Positions 39,773 through 50,296 of a DNA stretch of 64,000 nt are shown one piece after another. Below the pieces are notes generated by a model. The model was given only the letters and a program-made list of their open reading frames with translations. It was not told the DNA's origin and ran no database searches. Each line of letters starts with the position of its first letter. Position 1 is the first letter of the stretch. Made by a program: the position numbers and the translations under genes. The stretch is from an uncultured Planctomycetota bacterium (GTDB lineage: Bacteria > Planctomycetota > Planctomycetia > Isosphaerales > Isosphaeraceae), in the NCBI GenBank assembly GCA_963737655.1, contig CAVTTN010000002.1, positions 2,912,001 through 2,976,000 of the forward strand, given 5' to 3'.

Positions 39773-41201
39773 ACGGGATAGACCACCTGCAACGTCGCCT
39801 GAAGTGCCATCGTCCCCAGCCCTACGAGCAAGACGGTCAACCCGAGAGCCACTTTCCCCCCCCCGAGCCGCCCGATCCCGGCCCCGCTCGCGGCCAGCAA
39901 CCCCGGCAGGAACGGGAGCCAGAGCCGGGCCACCTCGCTCCGGTTCTTCCCGCTGACCTCCAGGATCAGGACGACTGCCGCGACCGCCACCGCCCCTCTC
40001 GGCCGGCCCGTCCCCGCCAGCCCCACGACCGCCCAGGCGAACGCGGGCAAGCCCATCGCCACCGCCAGCTCCAAAACGTTCGCCGCCAGCCACGGGAAAT
40101 AGCTCCTCGGGTGCTCGACGTAGAACCGCCCGTGGTTCCTCGCGTTCCACCACCAGATTTCAAACGGATTGGCCCGGGAGATCGCCCAGACGGCCAGGGT
40201 GATCCCGAGGAACCCGAGGCCCGTCGCCAGCAAGCCGACGACCCGCGAACGGATCGGCCCGGCTCGTCCGGCGATCACGATCCCGACGGCCAGCCCCACC
40301 GCCAGGAACGCCAGGGTCATCTGCATCCCGAGCCCCAGCGCGACCCCCGCCAGGAACGCCGGGATCGGCCGGCCTCGCGCCGCCAGCGCCAGGGCGAGCG
40401 TCGAAATCAAGGGGAACACGGTGTCGGCCGTCGGATGGAACAGGATCGCCGAGGGGACGACCGGCCAGATCGCGGCCGACGCCCACGCCGACCGGGCCGG
40501 CAGGCCGCTCCTCGCCAGGGCATACAGCGGCGCGACCACGGCCGAGCAGAGCAGAAGGCTGAGCGCCCCTGGAGCGCCAGGGCCGCGCGCTCGGCCCGGG
40601 GCTGGGGGCCGAGGAACACGCGGAACCCCCGGGCCACCTCGTCCGGGATGGACTCGTCCACCAGTTTCGCCGCGCCGGGGTTCGCCTCCATCGCCGAGAG
40701 CAGCCCCTTCGACACCAGGAACAGCCCCGGCGGATGCGTGCCGATGTGGAGGGCATCTTGCGTCCGGATCCACGACGGATAGTCCGCCCAGAACCGCCAG
40801 GGATCGGCCATCTCGCGGCGGGCGACCTCGTGATACCCGCTCGACCCGTGCATCCCCAGCGTGACCCATCGCGTGAGGCCCTGGCCCGTCGGAGCGGCCC
40901 ACGGGATCGCCACCTGAACGAACACCCCCGCCGCGACCAGCCCGCCCACCATTCCAATTTCGCGGCCTCGCGACGGGCCTTCGCCCATCATCCCCCAGCC
41001 CATCGCCACGAATCCGCAATACGCGACCAAGCCCACAAAAGCCAGCAAAACGCCCACCATCGGCGCAGGATCGCCCGAGGGCCGCGACCAGACCCATTCG
41101 CCCGGCACCCCCGCCGGCAGCCCACCCCACCGCAGCATGGCCAAGACCGCCGCCGAGGCCACCGCCCCCAGAATCAGCACCCCCAAGCATCGTCGGTTCA
41201 T
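39769..41201 (-). CDS. multi-pass membrane protein, GT-C/mannosyltransferase-like; frameshift near 40570
   Basis: Many TM segments; motifs HIGTHPPG, P..D..FP, RSY..W, E.ARLWLPF; split over two frames. Confidence 0.65.
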
Positions 41202-41248
41202 GGCCGACCATCCTACCGCCAGGACCGCCCGAAAGGCAGTTCTCACCG

Positions 41249-41385
41249 CCCACTGCTTTCCACCCACTGCCCACTGCCCACTGCCCACTGCCCACTGCTC
41301 GGTCCACTGCCCACTGCTCGGTCCACTGCCCACTGCTCGGTCCACTGCCCACTGCTCGGTCCACTGCCCACTGCTCGGTCCACTT
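41249..41385. repeat. short tandem repeat: CCCACTG heptamers and a 19-bp CCACTGCCCACTGCTCGGT unit
   Basis: Directly visible in the divergent intergenic region. Confidence 0.9.
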
Positions 41386-41456
41386 CCCGGTTGCGAACGG
41401 CCGTCGGGGATGGTCTGATCGGCTCGGACCGCCGAACCGTTGTCGAGGGCCTCGCG

Positions 41457-42848
41457 ATGCACATCGAACCGCCCGCCCCCGCGTCCGCCGACGATGGCGG
41501 AGGCCCGTGGTATCGGGGCCTCACGCGCTACCATTACTTCGTCCTGATCGTCGCCGCCCTGGGCTGGCTGTTCGACACGATGGACCAGCAATTGTTCACC
41601 CTGGCGCGCACCCCCGCGCTCGCCGAGCTCTTGAAGAAGGCCGAGAGCGACCCGAAGCTCGGCGACTACGAGGGCCTGGCGACCATGATCTTCATGATCG
41701 GCTGGGCCTCCGGGGGGATCGTCTTCGGGATCATGGGCGACCGCGTCGGCCGGGCCCGGACCATGCTCCTGACCATCCTGATCTACTCCGTGTTCACCGG
41801 CCTGAGCGCCCTGTCGCAGGGCTTCCTCGACTTCGTCGCCTATCGCTTCCTGACCGGCCTGGGCGTCGGCGGCGAGTTCGCCGTCGGCGTCTCGCTCGTG
41901 GCCGAGGTCATGCCCGATCGCGCCCGGCCCCGCGCCCTGGGATGGGTCCAGGCCAGCTCCGCGCTGGGCAACATGATCGCCGGGGGCATCGGCATCGGCT
42001 TCGGCCTGTTCCTCAGCTCGAAGAACGTCGGCGGCGCGTGGCGAGGCATGTTCGTCGTCGGGATGCTCCCCGCCCTGCTGGTGATCTTCATCCGCAGGAG
42101 GCTGAAGGAGCCCGAACGGTGGGAAAAGACCGCCGCGACCGGCGACGAGCGCAAGCTCGGCTCGATCTCCGAGCTGTTCGGCGACCCCCGATGGCGCCGG
42201 AACACGATCGTGGGGATGCTCCTGGCGTTCTCGGGGGTCGTCGGCCTCTGGGGGATCGGCTTCTTCGCCCCGAGATTGATCCGCACCGTGTTCGACCAGA
42301 CGTTCAGGGACGAGGGCCTCCGCCTCGGCCTCGACGGCTCCGCCCTGGCCGAATACATCAAGGGCCGCAAGACCCTGTGGACCGGAATCACCTCGCTGAT
42401 CCAGAATTTCGGCGCCTTCTGGGGCGCGTACACCTTCAGCCGGATCACCCAGAGGACCGGCCGCAAGCCCGCGTTCGCCGTCTCGTTCGTCCTGGCGATG
42501 GGTTCCACGGCATTCACGTTCTGGTATCTGAGCAAATTCTCGGATATTTTCTGGATGATCCCGATCATGGGGTTCTGCCAGATGACGCTCTTCGGCGGCT
42601 ATGCGATCTACTTCCCCGAGCTCTTCCCGACGAGGCTGAGGAGCACGGGCACGTCGTTCTGCTACAACGTCGGCCGGCTGGTGGCGGCGGTCGGCCCGCT
42701 GGCGCTCGGGAAGCTGGAAAGCGTGGTGTATCAGGGCTACTCGCAGCCGCTGAGATACGCCGGGGTCACGATGTGCAGCGTCTTCCTGATCGGCCTGTGC
42801 GCCCTGCCGTTCGCCCCCGAGACCCGGGGCAAGCCGTTGCCGGAATGA
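41457..42848 (+). CDS. MFS transporter
   Basis: Motifs GWLFDTMD, GDRVGRAR, RFLTGLGVGGE, PELFPTRLRSTG, PETRGK. Confidence 0.93.
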   Translation: MHIEPPAPASADDGGGPWYRGLTRYHYFVLIVAALGWLFDTMDQQLFTLARTPALAELLKKAESDPKLGDYEGLATMIFMIGWASGGIVFGIMGDRVGRARTMLLTILIYSVFTGLSALSQGFLDFVAYRFLTGLGVGGEFAVGVSLVAEVMPDRARPRALGWVQASSALGNMIAGGIGIGFGLFLSSKNVGGAWRGMFVVGMLPALLVIFIRRRLKEPERWEKTAATGDERKLGSISELFGDPRWRRNTIVGMLLAFSGVVGLWGIGFFAPRLIRTVFDQTFRDEGLRLGLDGSALAEYIKGRKTLWTGITSLIQNFGAFWGAYTFSRITQRTGRKPAFAVSFVLAMGSTAFTFWYLSKFSDIFWMIPIMGFCQMTLFGGYAIYFPELFPTRLRSTGTSFCYNVGRLVAAVGPLALGKLESVVYQGYSQPLRYAGVTMCSVFLIGLCALPFAPETRGKPLPE

Positions 42849-42850
42849 GG

Positions 42851-43020
42851 GGAGATTGAACCGCCAAGACGCTAAGAGCGCCAAGGGGAGAGGAGAGTGG
42901 AGAGAAAACACGAGATCTTTTTAAATGAATTCTCTTCTCTTCTCTTCTCTTCACTTCTCTTCTCTTCACTTCTCTCTCCTCCCTCCTTGGCGCTCCTGGC
43001 GTCTTGGCGGTTCAATCTCC
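42851..43020. repeat. inverted-repeat element family D with internal TCTCT microsatellite
   Basis: GGAGATTGAACCGCCAAGACGCTAAGAGCGCCAAGG pairs with CCTTGGCGCTCCTGGCGTCTTGGCGGTTCAATCTCC. Confidence 0.85.
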
Positions 43021-43031
43021 TCCTCCCAAGC

Positions 43032-44795
43032 TCACCGATCGCCCGGGAGGGCCTTCAAGACCTCCTCGCGGAGCCGCTTCACCTCGGCGGGGTCGGCGGA
43101 GGCGCCCCGGCCGATCATCTCGGCCCACCGCGCGATCGCCTCGCGACGACGGGCCGGATCAAGCTCCCTGGCCCGGCGGCTCCCCGAGATCCTCAGCCCG
43201 TCCTTGCCGAATCCGACCTTGATCTCGAACGGGTTCGCATCGGCATGATACGACTCGTCGAGATTGGCGATGGCACGCATCGCGTTCGCATAGGTATAAA
43301 GGTGAGAAAGGAGCGTCGAGGAGGGACGAATCGTCCGGTTCAGCTCGTCCGCGACGGTGGCGGATGACCGACGATCGACGATCAGCCGATCCCCCGGCAG
43401 GATCTGGAGGTTCTTCGTCACGTCCCCACGATCGCGGATCGCCTCCAGGTCGATCGGATAAACTTTTGCCGACTTCTTGCCCCACGGCGGAGGGACCAGG
43501 CGGAGCGTCTTCGGGTCGGTGTCGGCCGAGAAGCCGCCGGCGTACTGGATCGCATCCAGGACTGTCTCCATCCCGGTGAACGGCAGGCGTCCCGGGGTCT
43601 GGAACTCGCCGAGGACGAGGTAGGTCCGGCTGTTGTAGGCCGCGACATCGACGAAGACCCGGTCGGATTCTTCCGGCGGGACCGAAATGAGGATTTCGGG
43701 GCCGATCCGACCCAATTCCCGCGACTTGGGGCCCCGACCCGCGTCCTCGTTCGGCGCCTCGGTTCGTGCGAGAAGCGCCGATCCCGAGAAGGCCGGGTCG
43801 CGGACCCGGACGGCCGGGGCCTTCACGGTCTTCGGCGTCCCGGTGGCGCCCCGGAAGGCCCGGGCCCGCCGGACCTCGTTCCCCGGCCCGGCCGCCAGGC
43901 GGACCCGGCCGGTGCGCTCCGCCGGAGTCGTCGTCGAGGCGCCCTTCGGCTCGGCCGCCCCTCGGGGACGGGTCGGAGGTTCGAGCAAGTCTTCATCCTT
44001 GGGGAGTCCGGGCAGTTCTGCCGGGGCCGGAGCGGGAGCCGGAGCCGGAGCAGGTACTGGGGCCGGGGCGGGAGCCGGCGACGGGGCCTCGTCGACCACC
44101 TGGGTGGCGATCAGCCCGAGCGCCTCGTCCGTCAAGAATTTCCGCAAGTGCAGAATCACTTTAATCTTGATTTGTTCCGGGCTCAGACCTCGGACGGGAA
44201 TATCTCCATAAAACCCGAGGGTGATCGTGCCGTCCGGCCGGACCAGGTGCTCTCCGGTGATCGCTCGTCCGGGCAAGGCTTCGAGCACCTCGACGTAGAT
44301 CAGGTCGGGCGGGTTGACGACCTGGGGGATGTCGAACATCGCCCCTTCGTGGGGCGGCGGGTCGTCGGGGACGTCCGGCGCCGGCAGGGGCCGGATCGAT
44401 TCCAGGGTCGGCAGCCACGCCGTGATCCGAGGACCGGGATCGAAGGCGACCTCGTCCGGCTGGCCGTTCTCGGGATTCTCCTGTTCTTTCAAAAGCTCTC
44501 GTACCGGGGGCGAGAAGGCACCGGCGGGACGGCCCGACGTCGGCGAGGCGGACGATTCGGCCTTATCGCTCGGTTGGGGCGATTCCGAGGGCTTGCCGCC
44601 CTCGATCTTGATCGTGACCGCCCCGCCCTTCGGGTCGGTGGTGATCTGGATCGTCGATTTCCCGTCCTCCGACGCCGAGACCGTCGCCTGAGGGGGCGTC
44701 CCCCGGGCCATCGGCGCGAGCGTCGCCCCGATCGCGACCAGGGCCGCCGCGCCCGCGACCCCAACCCCCGCCCGCCACGCCCAACGTCGCCCCAT
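43032..44795 (-). CDS. polysaccharide biosynthesis/export (Wza-like, SLBB) protein
   Basis: Motifs VNPPDLIYVEV, LVRPDGTITLGFYG, G...PGRLP.TG.ETVLDAIQYAGG, NLQILPGDRLIV. Confidence 0.85.
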   Translation of the reverse strand: MGRRWAWRAGVGVAGAAALVAIGATLAPMARGTPPQATVSASEDGKSTIQITTDPKGGAVTIKIEGGKPSESPQPSDKAESSASPTSGRPAGAFSPPVRELLKEQENPENGQPDEVAFDPGPRITAWLPTLESIRPLPAPDVPDDPPPHEGAMFDIPQVVNPPDLIYVEVLEALPGRAITGEHLVRPDGTITLGFYGDIPVRGLSPEQIKIKVILHLRKFLTDEALGLIATQVVDEAPSPAPAPAPVPAPAPAPAPAPAELPGLPKDEDLLEPPTRPRGAAEPKGASTTTPAERTGRVRLAAGPGNEVRRARAFRGATGTPKTVKAPAVRVRDPAFSGSALLARTEAPNEDAGRGPKSRELGRIGPEILISVPPEESDRVFVDVAAYNSRTYLVLGEFQTPGRLPFTGMETVLDAIQYAGGFSADTDPKTLRLVPPPWGKKSAKVYPIDLEAIRDRGDVTKNLQILPGDRLIVDRRSSATVADELNRTIRPSSTLLSHLYTYANAMRAIANLDESYHADANPFEIKVGFGKDGLRISGSRRARELDPARRREAIARWAEMIGRGASADPAEVKRLREEVLKALPGDR

Positions 44796-44981
44796 GAGAC
44801 CCTCCCACTTCGAGGACCGGGAACCCCGCATCGGATCGACGTCCATGAATCTAAGCGATCGTCCCGATCCCGTCAAACCAAAAGGGGCCGAAGCCCCCAG
44901 GTTGCCGGACCGTCGCGATTGGATCGCAATTCCGCCGAATTCCTCTCTTCATCCGCGACATGCCGTCGAAGTGAAGCCGAG

Positions 44982-45081
44982 GGCCTTCGGCGTCCGCAGA
45001 GGACGCAGAGGACGCAGATTGGTGAGTTTGAGTCATGTCTTTTATCTGCGTCCTCTGCGTTATCTGCGGACGCCGAAGGCC
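44982..45081. repeat. inverted-repeat element family E (ACGCAGA-type 9-bp subrepeats)
   Basis: GGCCTTCGGCGTCCGCAGAGGACGCAGAGGACGCAGAT pairs with ATCTGCGTCCTCTGCGTTATCTGCGGACGCCGAAGGCC. Confidence 0.85.
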
Positions 45082-45210
45082 GTTCCCCAATTGCGGATCG
45101 TCCGAAAGTTGCTTAATTTGTCTTGAATCGGGAATCTTGAAAATTGATGAAATGAGCAGGTGTGCGTACTTCAAGTATTTGTCGAATTCGCATTATTTGA
45201 ATTCGGGAAG

Positions 45211-45252
45211 TTGACAACACTTTTCGCGAAATTGACAACACTTTTCGCGAAA
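45211..45252. repeat. perfect 21-bp tandem duplication in an AT-rich intergenic region
   Basis: TTGACAACACTTTTCGCGAAA x2. Confidence 0.85.
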
Positions 45253-45655
45253 AAATTGCGGATTCCCTGGAAAACAAGCGGTTTCCTCGTGGATCACCTG
45301 CGCCATTGTGCGTTTGTGTACTACTGGAGAGTGGTTGTGAATCTGCCGGAAAACCTGGCTTGGCAACAAGTTTCGACGAGAGATGCCCGAGGCCCAGAAG
45401 CGGCATCCGGGAGCGTTTCGCGACGGTTGCGCGCCGGGCCGAGACGGCCCGAATGTCATGACGTTGGCATGACACTGCGGCGCGGTTTGTGACACGGGGA
45501 TGTCGCCCGAAAAAAAACGAGCGATCGAAACGGCTCCCGGTCGCGATGATGATCGACGTGGCCCTCGGCGATGGCTGGGGGCGTCCTCGATCCTCGTTTC
45601 GGACTCCTCGACCGATGGCCGCCCCGCGCCTTCACCGAATCTGGACCAGGCCGGC

Positions 45656-46438
45656 TCAGAGCACCCTTGAGGCCGATTCGCGGTCCAGGTACAGCCTCGC
45701 GCCGGGGTGGGTGCGGAGGGCGGAGGCCGGGCACTGCTCGTTCATCGGGCCTCTCAGCGTCCGCTCGATGGCCTCGGCCTTCCTCGGGCCGGGGACGACG
45801 ACCGAGACGACCGGCGCCGAGAGCAGCGCCGGGATGGTGAGCGTCAACGCATGCGTGGGCACGTCCTCGATCCGGCCGAAACAGCCGTCGTGGACCTGCT
45901 GGAGCCGGCAAGCCTGGTCGAGCTTGACGGCCTTGACCCACAAGGGATCGGCGAAATCGGCGACCGGCGGGTCGTTGAAGGCGAGGTGCCCGTTCTCGCC
46001 GATCCCGGCGCAGACCAGGTCCGGCCTCGCCCCCCGGACGGTCATTTCATAAGCAAACGCCACGCTCGCCGCCTTCTCGGGCCGGTCGGCGGCGATCGGG
46101 CGGAGGCGTCTTTGCTCGATCCCGGCCGGGTCGAAGAGGTTTCGCTGCAAGTAGTTGCGGAACGAGGCGGGATGATCGGGCGGGAGGCCGAGGTATTCGT
46201 CCATGTGGAGGGCCACGATCCGCGACCAGTCCACCCGGCCGTCCTGAACGAGTTCGGCGAGGAACTCATCCTGGCTCGGCGCGGCGGCGAAGACCACTCG
46301 GGCCTCGCCGGATCGGGCCTGGAACTCCGAAATCTCCCGGGCCACGTCCCGGGCCGCCGCCCGGCCGAGGGCGGCCCGCGTCTCGAACACCGAGACGCTC
46401 AGGGAATCGACCGAAAACCGCGAGATCGGCTCGTCCAT
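45656..46438 (-). CDS. glucosamine-6-phosphate deaminase/6-phosphogluconolactonase family protein
   Basis: Motifs FAAAPSQ, HMDEY, GIGENGHLAFNDP, ALTLTIP, CPAS.LR.H. Confidence 0.87.
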   Translation of the reverse strand: MDEPISRFSVDSLSVSVFETRAALGRAAARDVAREISEFQARSGEARVVFAAAPSQDEFLAELVQDGRVDWSRIVALHMDEYLGLPPDHPASFRNYLQRNLFDPAGIEQRRLRPIAADRPEKAASVAFAYEMTVRGARPDLVCAGIGENGHLAFNDPPVADFADPLWVKAVKLDQACRLQQVHDGCFGRIEDVPTHALTLTIPALLSAPVVSVVVPGPRKAEAIERTLRGPMNEQCPASALRTHPGARLYLDRESASRVL

Positions 46439-46484
46439 AGGCCCCGAGGATGATCGCCCGGACCGGGCGAGTCAAGCGGCCTCT

Positions 46485-46523
46485 CCGGGTGGCATGCTCA
46501 CGACTTCGAGAGCCTGCCACCCC
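46485..46523. repeat. collapsed single-unit copy of family A
   Basis: CCGGGTGGCATGCTCACGACTTCGAGAGCCTGCCACCC. Confidence 0.65.
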
Positions 46524-46539
46524 CCATCACTCGATCGCA

Positions 46540-46746
46540 TCAGGCCGATCGGGCCATCGCGGCGTCTCGGGGGCGGGTCTGGAGGTGTTCGCAGAGGCGG
46601 CGGCATTCGGTCAGGTCGACCATCAGGGCATCGGTCAAAAAGGACTGGCTCGGGCCTTCGGGTGCCCACTGGAGCTGCTCGTGGCACCGGCTCATGTGCT
46701 CGATCAGGTCCTTCATCCAGAGGAGGGTGGTCTGTCGATTCCTCAT
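46540..46746 (-). CDS. small hypothetical helical protein (68 aa)
   Basis: MRNRQTTLLWMKDLIEHMSRCHEQLQW... is the C-terminal part of ORF 46540..47415, with GC3-biased codons. Confidence 0.6.
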   Translation of the reverse strand: MRNRQTTLLWMKDLIEHMSRCHEQLQWAPEGPSQSFLTDALMVDLTECRRLCEHLQTRPRDAAMARSA

Positions 46747-47031
46747 CCGGTCGATCCCCATTCCATTGGGCAAGACGGGTGTGCTCGTGACGCGGAATAT
46801 GAGGGAAGCAAGGGGCGTGCCGGTCGGGTCAAGAGGCGGGGAATTCACGGCCCAAAGCCCCACGTCGTCGCGACTTGAGGCAAAATCGAAAAAAACCGAA
46901 CTCCCGGCCCGCCCCGCTCGGCTTGTAAGGCTTACAGCCCACAAGTCTTCCAGGTTTGCGGTCCTTCCTTTCCCCGGCCGCCGATCATAGACTGGAGCGA
47001 GGACCGGAGCGATGCGCGCGAGGGCGGACGG

Positions 47032-47807
47032 ATGGCCGAAACGGCGACGGCGACCGGATCGCGAGACGGCGGGGGCGGCCTCTGGGGCCTGCCTTCCACC
47101 GTGGCCCGCTGGATCTTCGGCCGTGGCGGCGAGACCTCGCGACCCCGGGCGGACTCCACCCCCCTGCCCCGGTTCCGCAACGTCTGCATCAGCCGGGAAG
47201 CCGGAGCGGGCGGCGGGACGATCGCCCGCCTCGTCGGAACTCGACTGGGCTGGAAGGTTTACGACCACGAGTTGCTGGAGGCCATCGCCCACGGGATGCA
47301 AATCCCGGCCGAGGAGGCGAGGCTCTACGATGAGCTCGCCCCCAGCCTCGTCCAGGACTGGCTGTTGCCCCTCCGCGAGGAGCATTATGCCCCCCAGGAA
47401 GCCTATCTTGACCACCTCGCCAAGCTCGTCGAGTCGATCGGCAAGGCGGGCGAGTCGATCCTGGTCGGCCGGGGCGCGGCGTACCTGCTCCCGCGCCGGA
47501 AATCCTCTCGGTGAGGATCGTGGCGCCCTTGAAGGAGCGGGCCCGCAAACTTTCGGAACGAATGGGCGTCTCGGTCCGCACGGCGAAGCGAGCGGCGATC
47601 GACCTCGACCGCCGCTCGGCCCGGTTCATCCGCACCCTCCACCGGGCCGATGTGAACGACATCCACCAGTACGACCTGGTCCTCGACAGCCACGCGCTGG
47701 GGCTGTCGATCGCCACCGAGCTGATCCTGAGGACCGTCGAGATGGGTCGGCCGAAGAAAGAGGCGTTTTCGGCCTCCGCAGATTGCGCAGAGTTCCAGAA
47801 TCCCTGA
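47032..47807 (+). CDS. cytidylate kinase-like family protein; frameshift near 47505
   Basis: Motifs ISREAGAGG..IA, VYD.ELL, VGRGA, VRIVAPL..R, D..R..F, YDLVLD. Confidence 0.82.
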
Positions 47808-47858
47808 TCCCCGAAAATCTGCGTATTCTGCCGACGCCGATGGTTCTTCGGGATTGGC

Positions 47859-48755
47859 TCAGGCCGGGACCTCGGACGGATCGACGGCCACGATGGTCAT
47901 CCCGTAGCGGTCGGCCAGGGCGACGACGTCGGCCTGGTCGATCACGATGGTCTTCCTCGCCTCGATGGCGAGGACCCGGGCCCCGGCCTTGTGGAGGTTC
48001 TCGATGGTGGTGGTGCCGATGGTGGGGACGTCGAACCTCATGTCCTGCTGGGGTTTCGCGACCTTGACGAGGGTCCAGCCGCCGCTCCGGCAGAGCCCTC
48101 CGGCCCGTTCGATGCAGCGGTCGGTCCCTTCGATGGCCTCGACGGCCAGGGCGGCGCTCTCCTTGACCGCCACGCTTTGCCCGACGTCGAGCCGGCCCAT
48201 CTCCTTGGCCAGGGTCCAGCCGAACTCGACGTCCTTCATCTCGGCCGCCGAGGGGCGGCGCCTGGTCAGGATTCCTCGGGTCACGAGCAGCTCCGGGCAA
48301 TAATCCAGGGCCGAACCGAACGTGATTCCGTCCCTCTCGAACTCGGCGATCACCCCCAGGAGGATCGAGTCGTCCCTCTTATCGCTCAGGCTGAGATACC
48401 ACATGCGAGCCATGCGGAAATCGGGCATGAGCTGGACGGCCCGCCAGGGGGTGTACATCACGCTCTTGGTCACCTTGCCGGCCATCACGACCCGCTCGGC
48501 GCCCATCCGGCGGAACGTGCGGATCATCTTCCCAAGTTTCGAGACGCCCACGGTTTCGAACGAATCGCAGAGCGAGCGGAGCTGCTCGCTCGCCTCATAC
48601 TTGACCCCCACGCACGCCACCGGCAGGCCCTGCCGCCTCGCCGCCTCGGCGAAGAGGATCGGGAACCGGCCGCTCCCGGCGAGGAGGCCGATCGGCGAGC
48701 GAGAGTTCGAGCGGTTCGAGGCCGATCGCGCAACCCGGGCCACCGTACTCATCAT
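47859..48755 (-). CDS. lpxI: UDP-2,3-diacylglucosamine diphosphatase LpxI
   Basis: Motifs GLLAGSGRFP, MAGKV.K, LDVGQSV, AVEAIEGTD, KVAKPQQDMRFDVPTIG. Confidence 0.92.
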   Translation of the reverse strand: MMSTVARVARSASNRSNSRSPIGLLAGSGRFPILFAEAARRQGLPVACVGVKYEASEQLRSLCDSFETVGVSKLGKMIRTFRRMGAERVVMAGKVTKSVMYTPWRAVQLMPDFRMARMWYLSLSDKRDDSILLGVIAEFERDGITFGSALDYCPELLVTRGILTRRRPSAAEMKDVEFGWTLAKEMGRLDVGQSVAVKESAALAVEAIEGTDRCIERAGGLCRSGGWTLVKVAKPQQDMRFDVPTIGTTTIENLHKAGARVLAIEARKTIVIDQADVVALADRYGMTIVAVDPSEVPA

Positions 48756-48809
48756 CGGAAATCCTTCGGGGAATGATCCGTCCATCCACCCGGGCGCACC
48801 GCCTTCGGA

Positions 48810-49880
48810 TTACTCGAAATCCGCCGGGGGATCGTGGGGGTGGGCGGTCAGTAAGGCGACCTGGGCGGCGAGCTCGCGCAATTGGCGATTGAATTCGGGC
48901 AATCTCGCGATCATCTGGAAGATGCGGCGTTGTTCGCGGATCGGGATGGCCGGCGAGCCCAGGAGCTGCTGACCCGAGGGGACGCTGCGATGGACCCCGG
49001 CCTGGGCCCCGACGATCACCTTGTCGCCGATCTCGGTATGGTCCTTGATCCCGGCCTGTCCGGCCATCACCACGTAATCCCCCGTCTTGCAGCTCCCGGC
49101 GATGCCGACCTGCCCGCAGAGGAGGTTGTGCTTGCCGATCCGGTTGTTGTGGCCGATCATCACGAGGTTATCGATCTTGGTGCCCTCGCCGATCACCGTG
49201 GCCTCGAACGTGCCCCGGTCGATCGAGCAATTCGAGCCGATCTCCACGTCGTCGCCGACCTCGACGTTGCCGGTCTGGGGGATCTTCTCGTGGCGGCCGT
49301 CGGCCAGGCGATAGCCGAAGCCGTCGGCGCCCAGGACGGTGCCGGAATGGACCTCGACGCGATCGCCCAGGACCACGCCGTCATAGAGGACGACGTTCGG
49401 ATGCAAGGTCACGCCCCGGCCGATCTTGCAGCGATCGCCGACCACCACCCCGGGCTTCAGCGTGGACCCCTCGCCGATTTCGGCCTCGTCCCCCACGTAG
49501 GCGAACGGATAAACCGCCACGCCCGGGCCGATCCGGGCGGTCGGCGCCACGAACGCCTGGGGATGGACGCCGGTCCATCGCGGCTTGTCCCCCCCCTTGA
49601 GCATGGTCCGGACCGCGACGAAGGCGGACCGGGGGTCGTCCACCTCGATCACCGGGAGTTCCTTCTCGCGGTCGGCCGTGAACCTCTTGAAGTGAGGGCC
49701 GACGATCGCCGCCGAGGCCGGAGAGGTCCGGAGCATCTTGGCGTAGCGTTCATCGTCGATGAACGTGATGTCCCCCGGTCCCGCCTCGGCCACCGGCCGG
49801 GCCGAGCGGATCGACACCGTCCCGTCGCCGACGAGCCGGCCGTGGACGAGGGCCGCGAGCTGTTCCACCGTGGCTGTCAC
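48810..49880 (-). CDS. lpxD: UDP-3-O-(3-hydroxymyristoyl)glucosamine N-acyltransferase
   Basis: Hexapeptide repeats; motifs GADGFGY, KIPQTG, EIGSN..IDRG, KIDNLV.IGHN. Confidence 0.95.
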   Translation of the reverse strand: MTATVEQLAALVHGRLVGDGTVSIRSARPVAEAGPGDITFIDDERYAKMLRTSPASAAIVGPHFKRFTADREKELPVIEVDDPRSAFVAVRTMLKGGDKPRWTGVHPQAFVAPTARIGPGVAVYPFAYVGDEAEIGEGSTLKPGVVVGDRCKIGRGVTLHPNVVLYDGVVLGDRVEVHSGTVLGADGFGYRLADGRHEKIPQTGNVEVGDDVEIGSNCSIDRGTFEATVIGEGTKIDNLVMIGHNNRIGKHNLLCGQVGIAGSCKTGDYVVMAGQAGIKDHTEIGDKVIVGAQAGVHRSVPSGQQLLGSPAIPIREQRRIFQMIARLPEFNRQLRELAAQVALLTAHPHDPPADFE

Positions 49881-50093
49881 GTGTCTCCCCTTTCTTCCCT
49901 GAAAGGAGCGATCCGGAGACCGACCGGTCGAGTGCGGGATCGCGGGCCCTCCGCCCTATCAGGCCGAGGGCTCGCCGCCCCCGGACCCGGAGGGGGATCG
50001 GCGGCGGATGGTACTCCGAAGCCTCGGGGCGGGCAAGGCGAGTCGCCGTCTCTTCCACTATCCGGCTTCTATCGGCTTTCGATCACCCTTTCC

Positions 50094-50114
50094 GTAGGGT
50101 GCATGAAATGCACC
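50094..50114. repeat. singlet REP family B
   Basis: GTAGGGTGCATGAAATGCACC, an exact copy. Confidence 0.85.
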
Positions 50115-50178
50115 ATCTTCGATTCGCTCATTCCCGGCCGAAATCTACGCTCTCCGCGATATGCTGGGGAAGAAACCC

Positions 50179-50249
50179 GAAACGCAGATTACGCAGATTG
50201 AAAAGAAACTGTTTGTATTAATCTGCGTAATCTGCGTAATCTGCGTTTC
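50179..50249. repeat. inverted-repeat element related to family E
   Basis: GAAACGCAGATTACGCAGATT...AATCTGCGTAATCTGCGTAATCTGCGTTTC. Confidence 0.8.
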
Positions 50250-50296
50250 CGATGGATTCCAGACTTCTTCGCTAGAGCATGGGCTGCCCCTGCGTT

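Noticed and set aside
45085..45560. oriC or protein-coding genes in the AT-rich region
   Set aside because: No TTATCCACA DnaA boxes or dnaA/dnaN nearby, and the ORFs have atypical composition and cross repeats.
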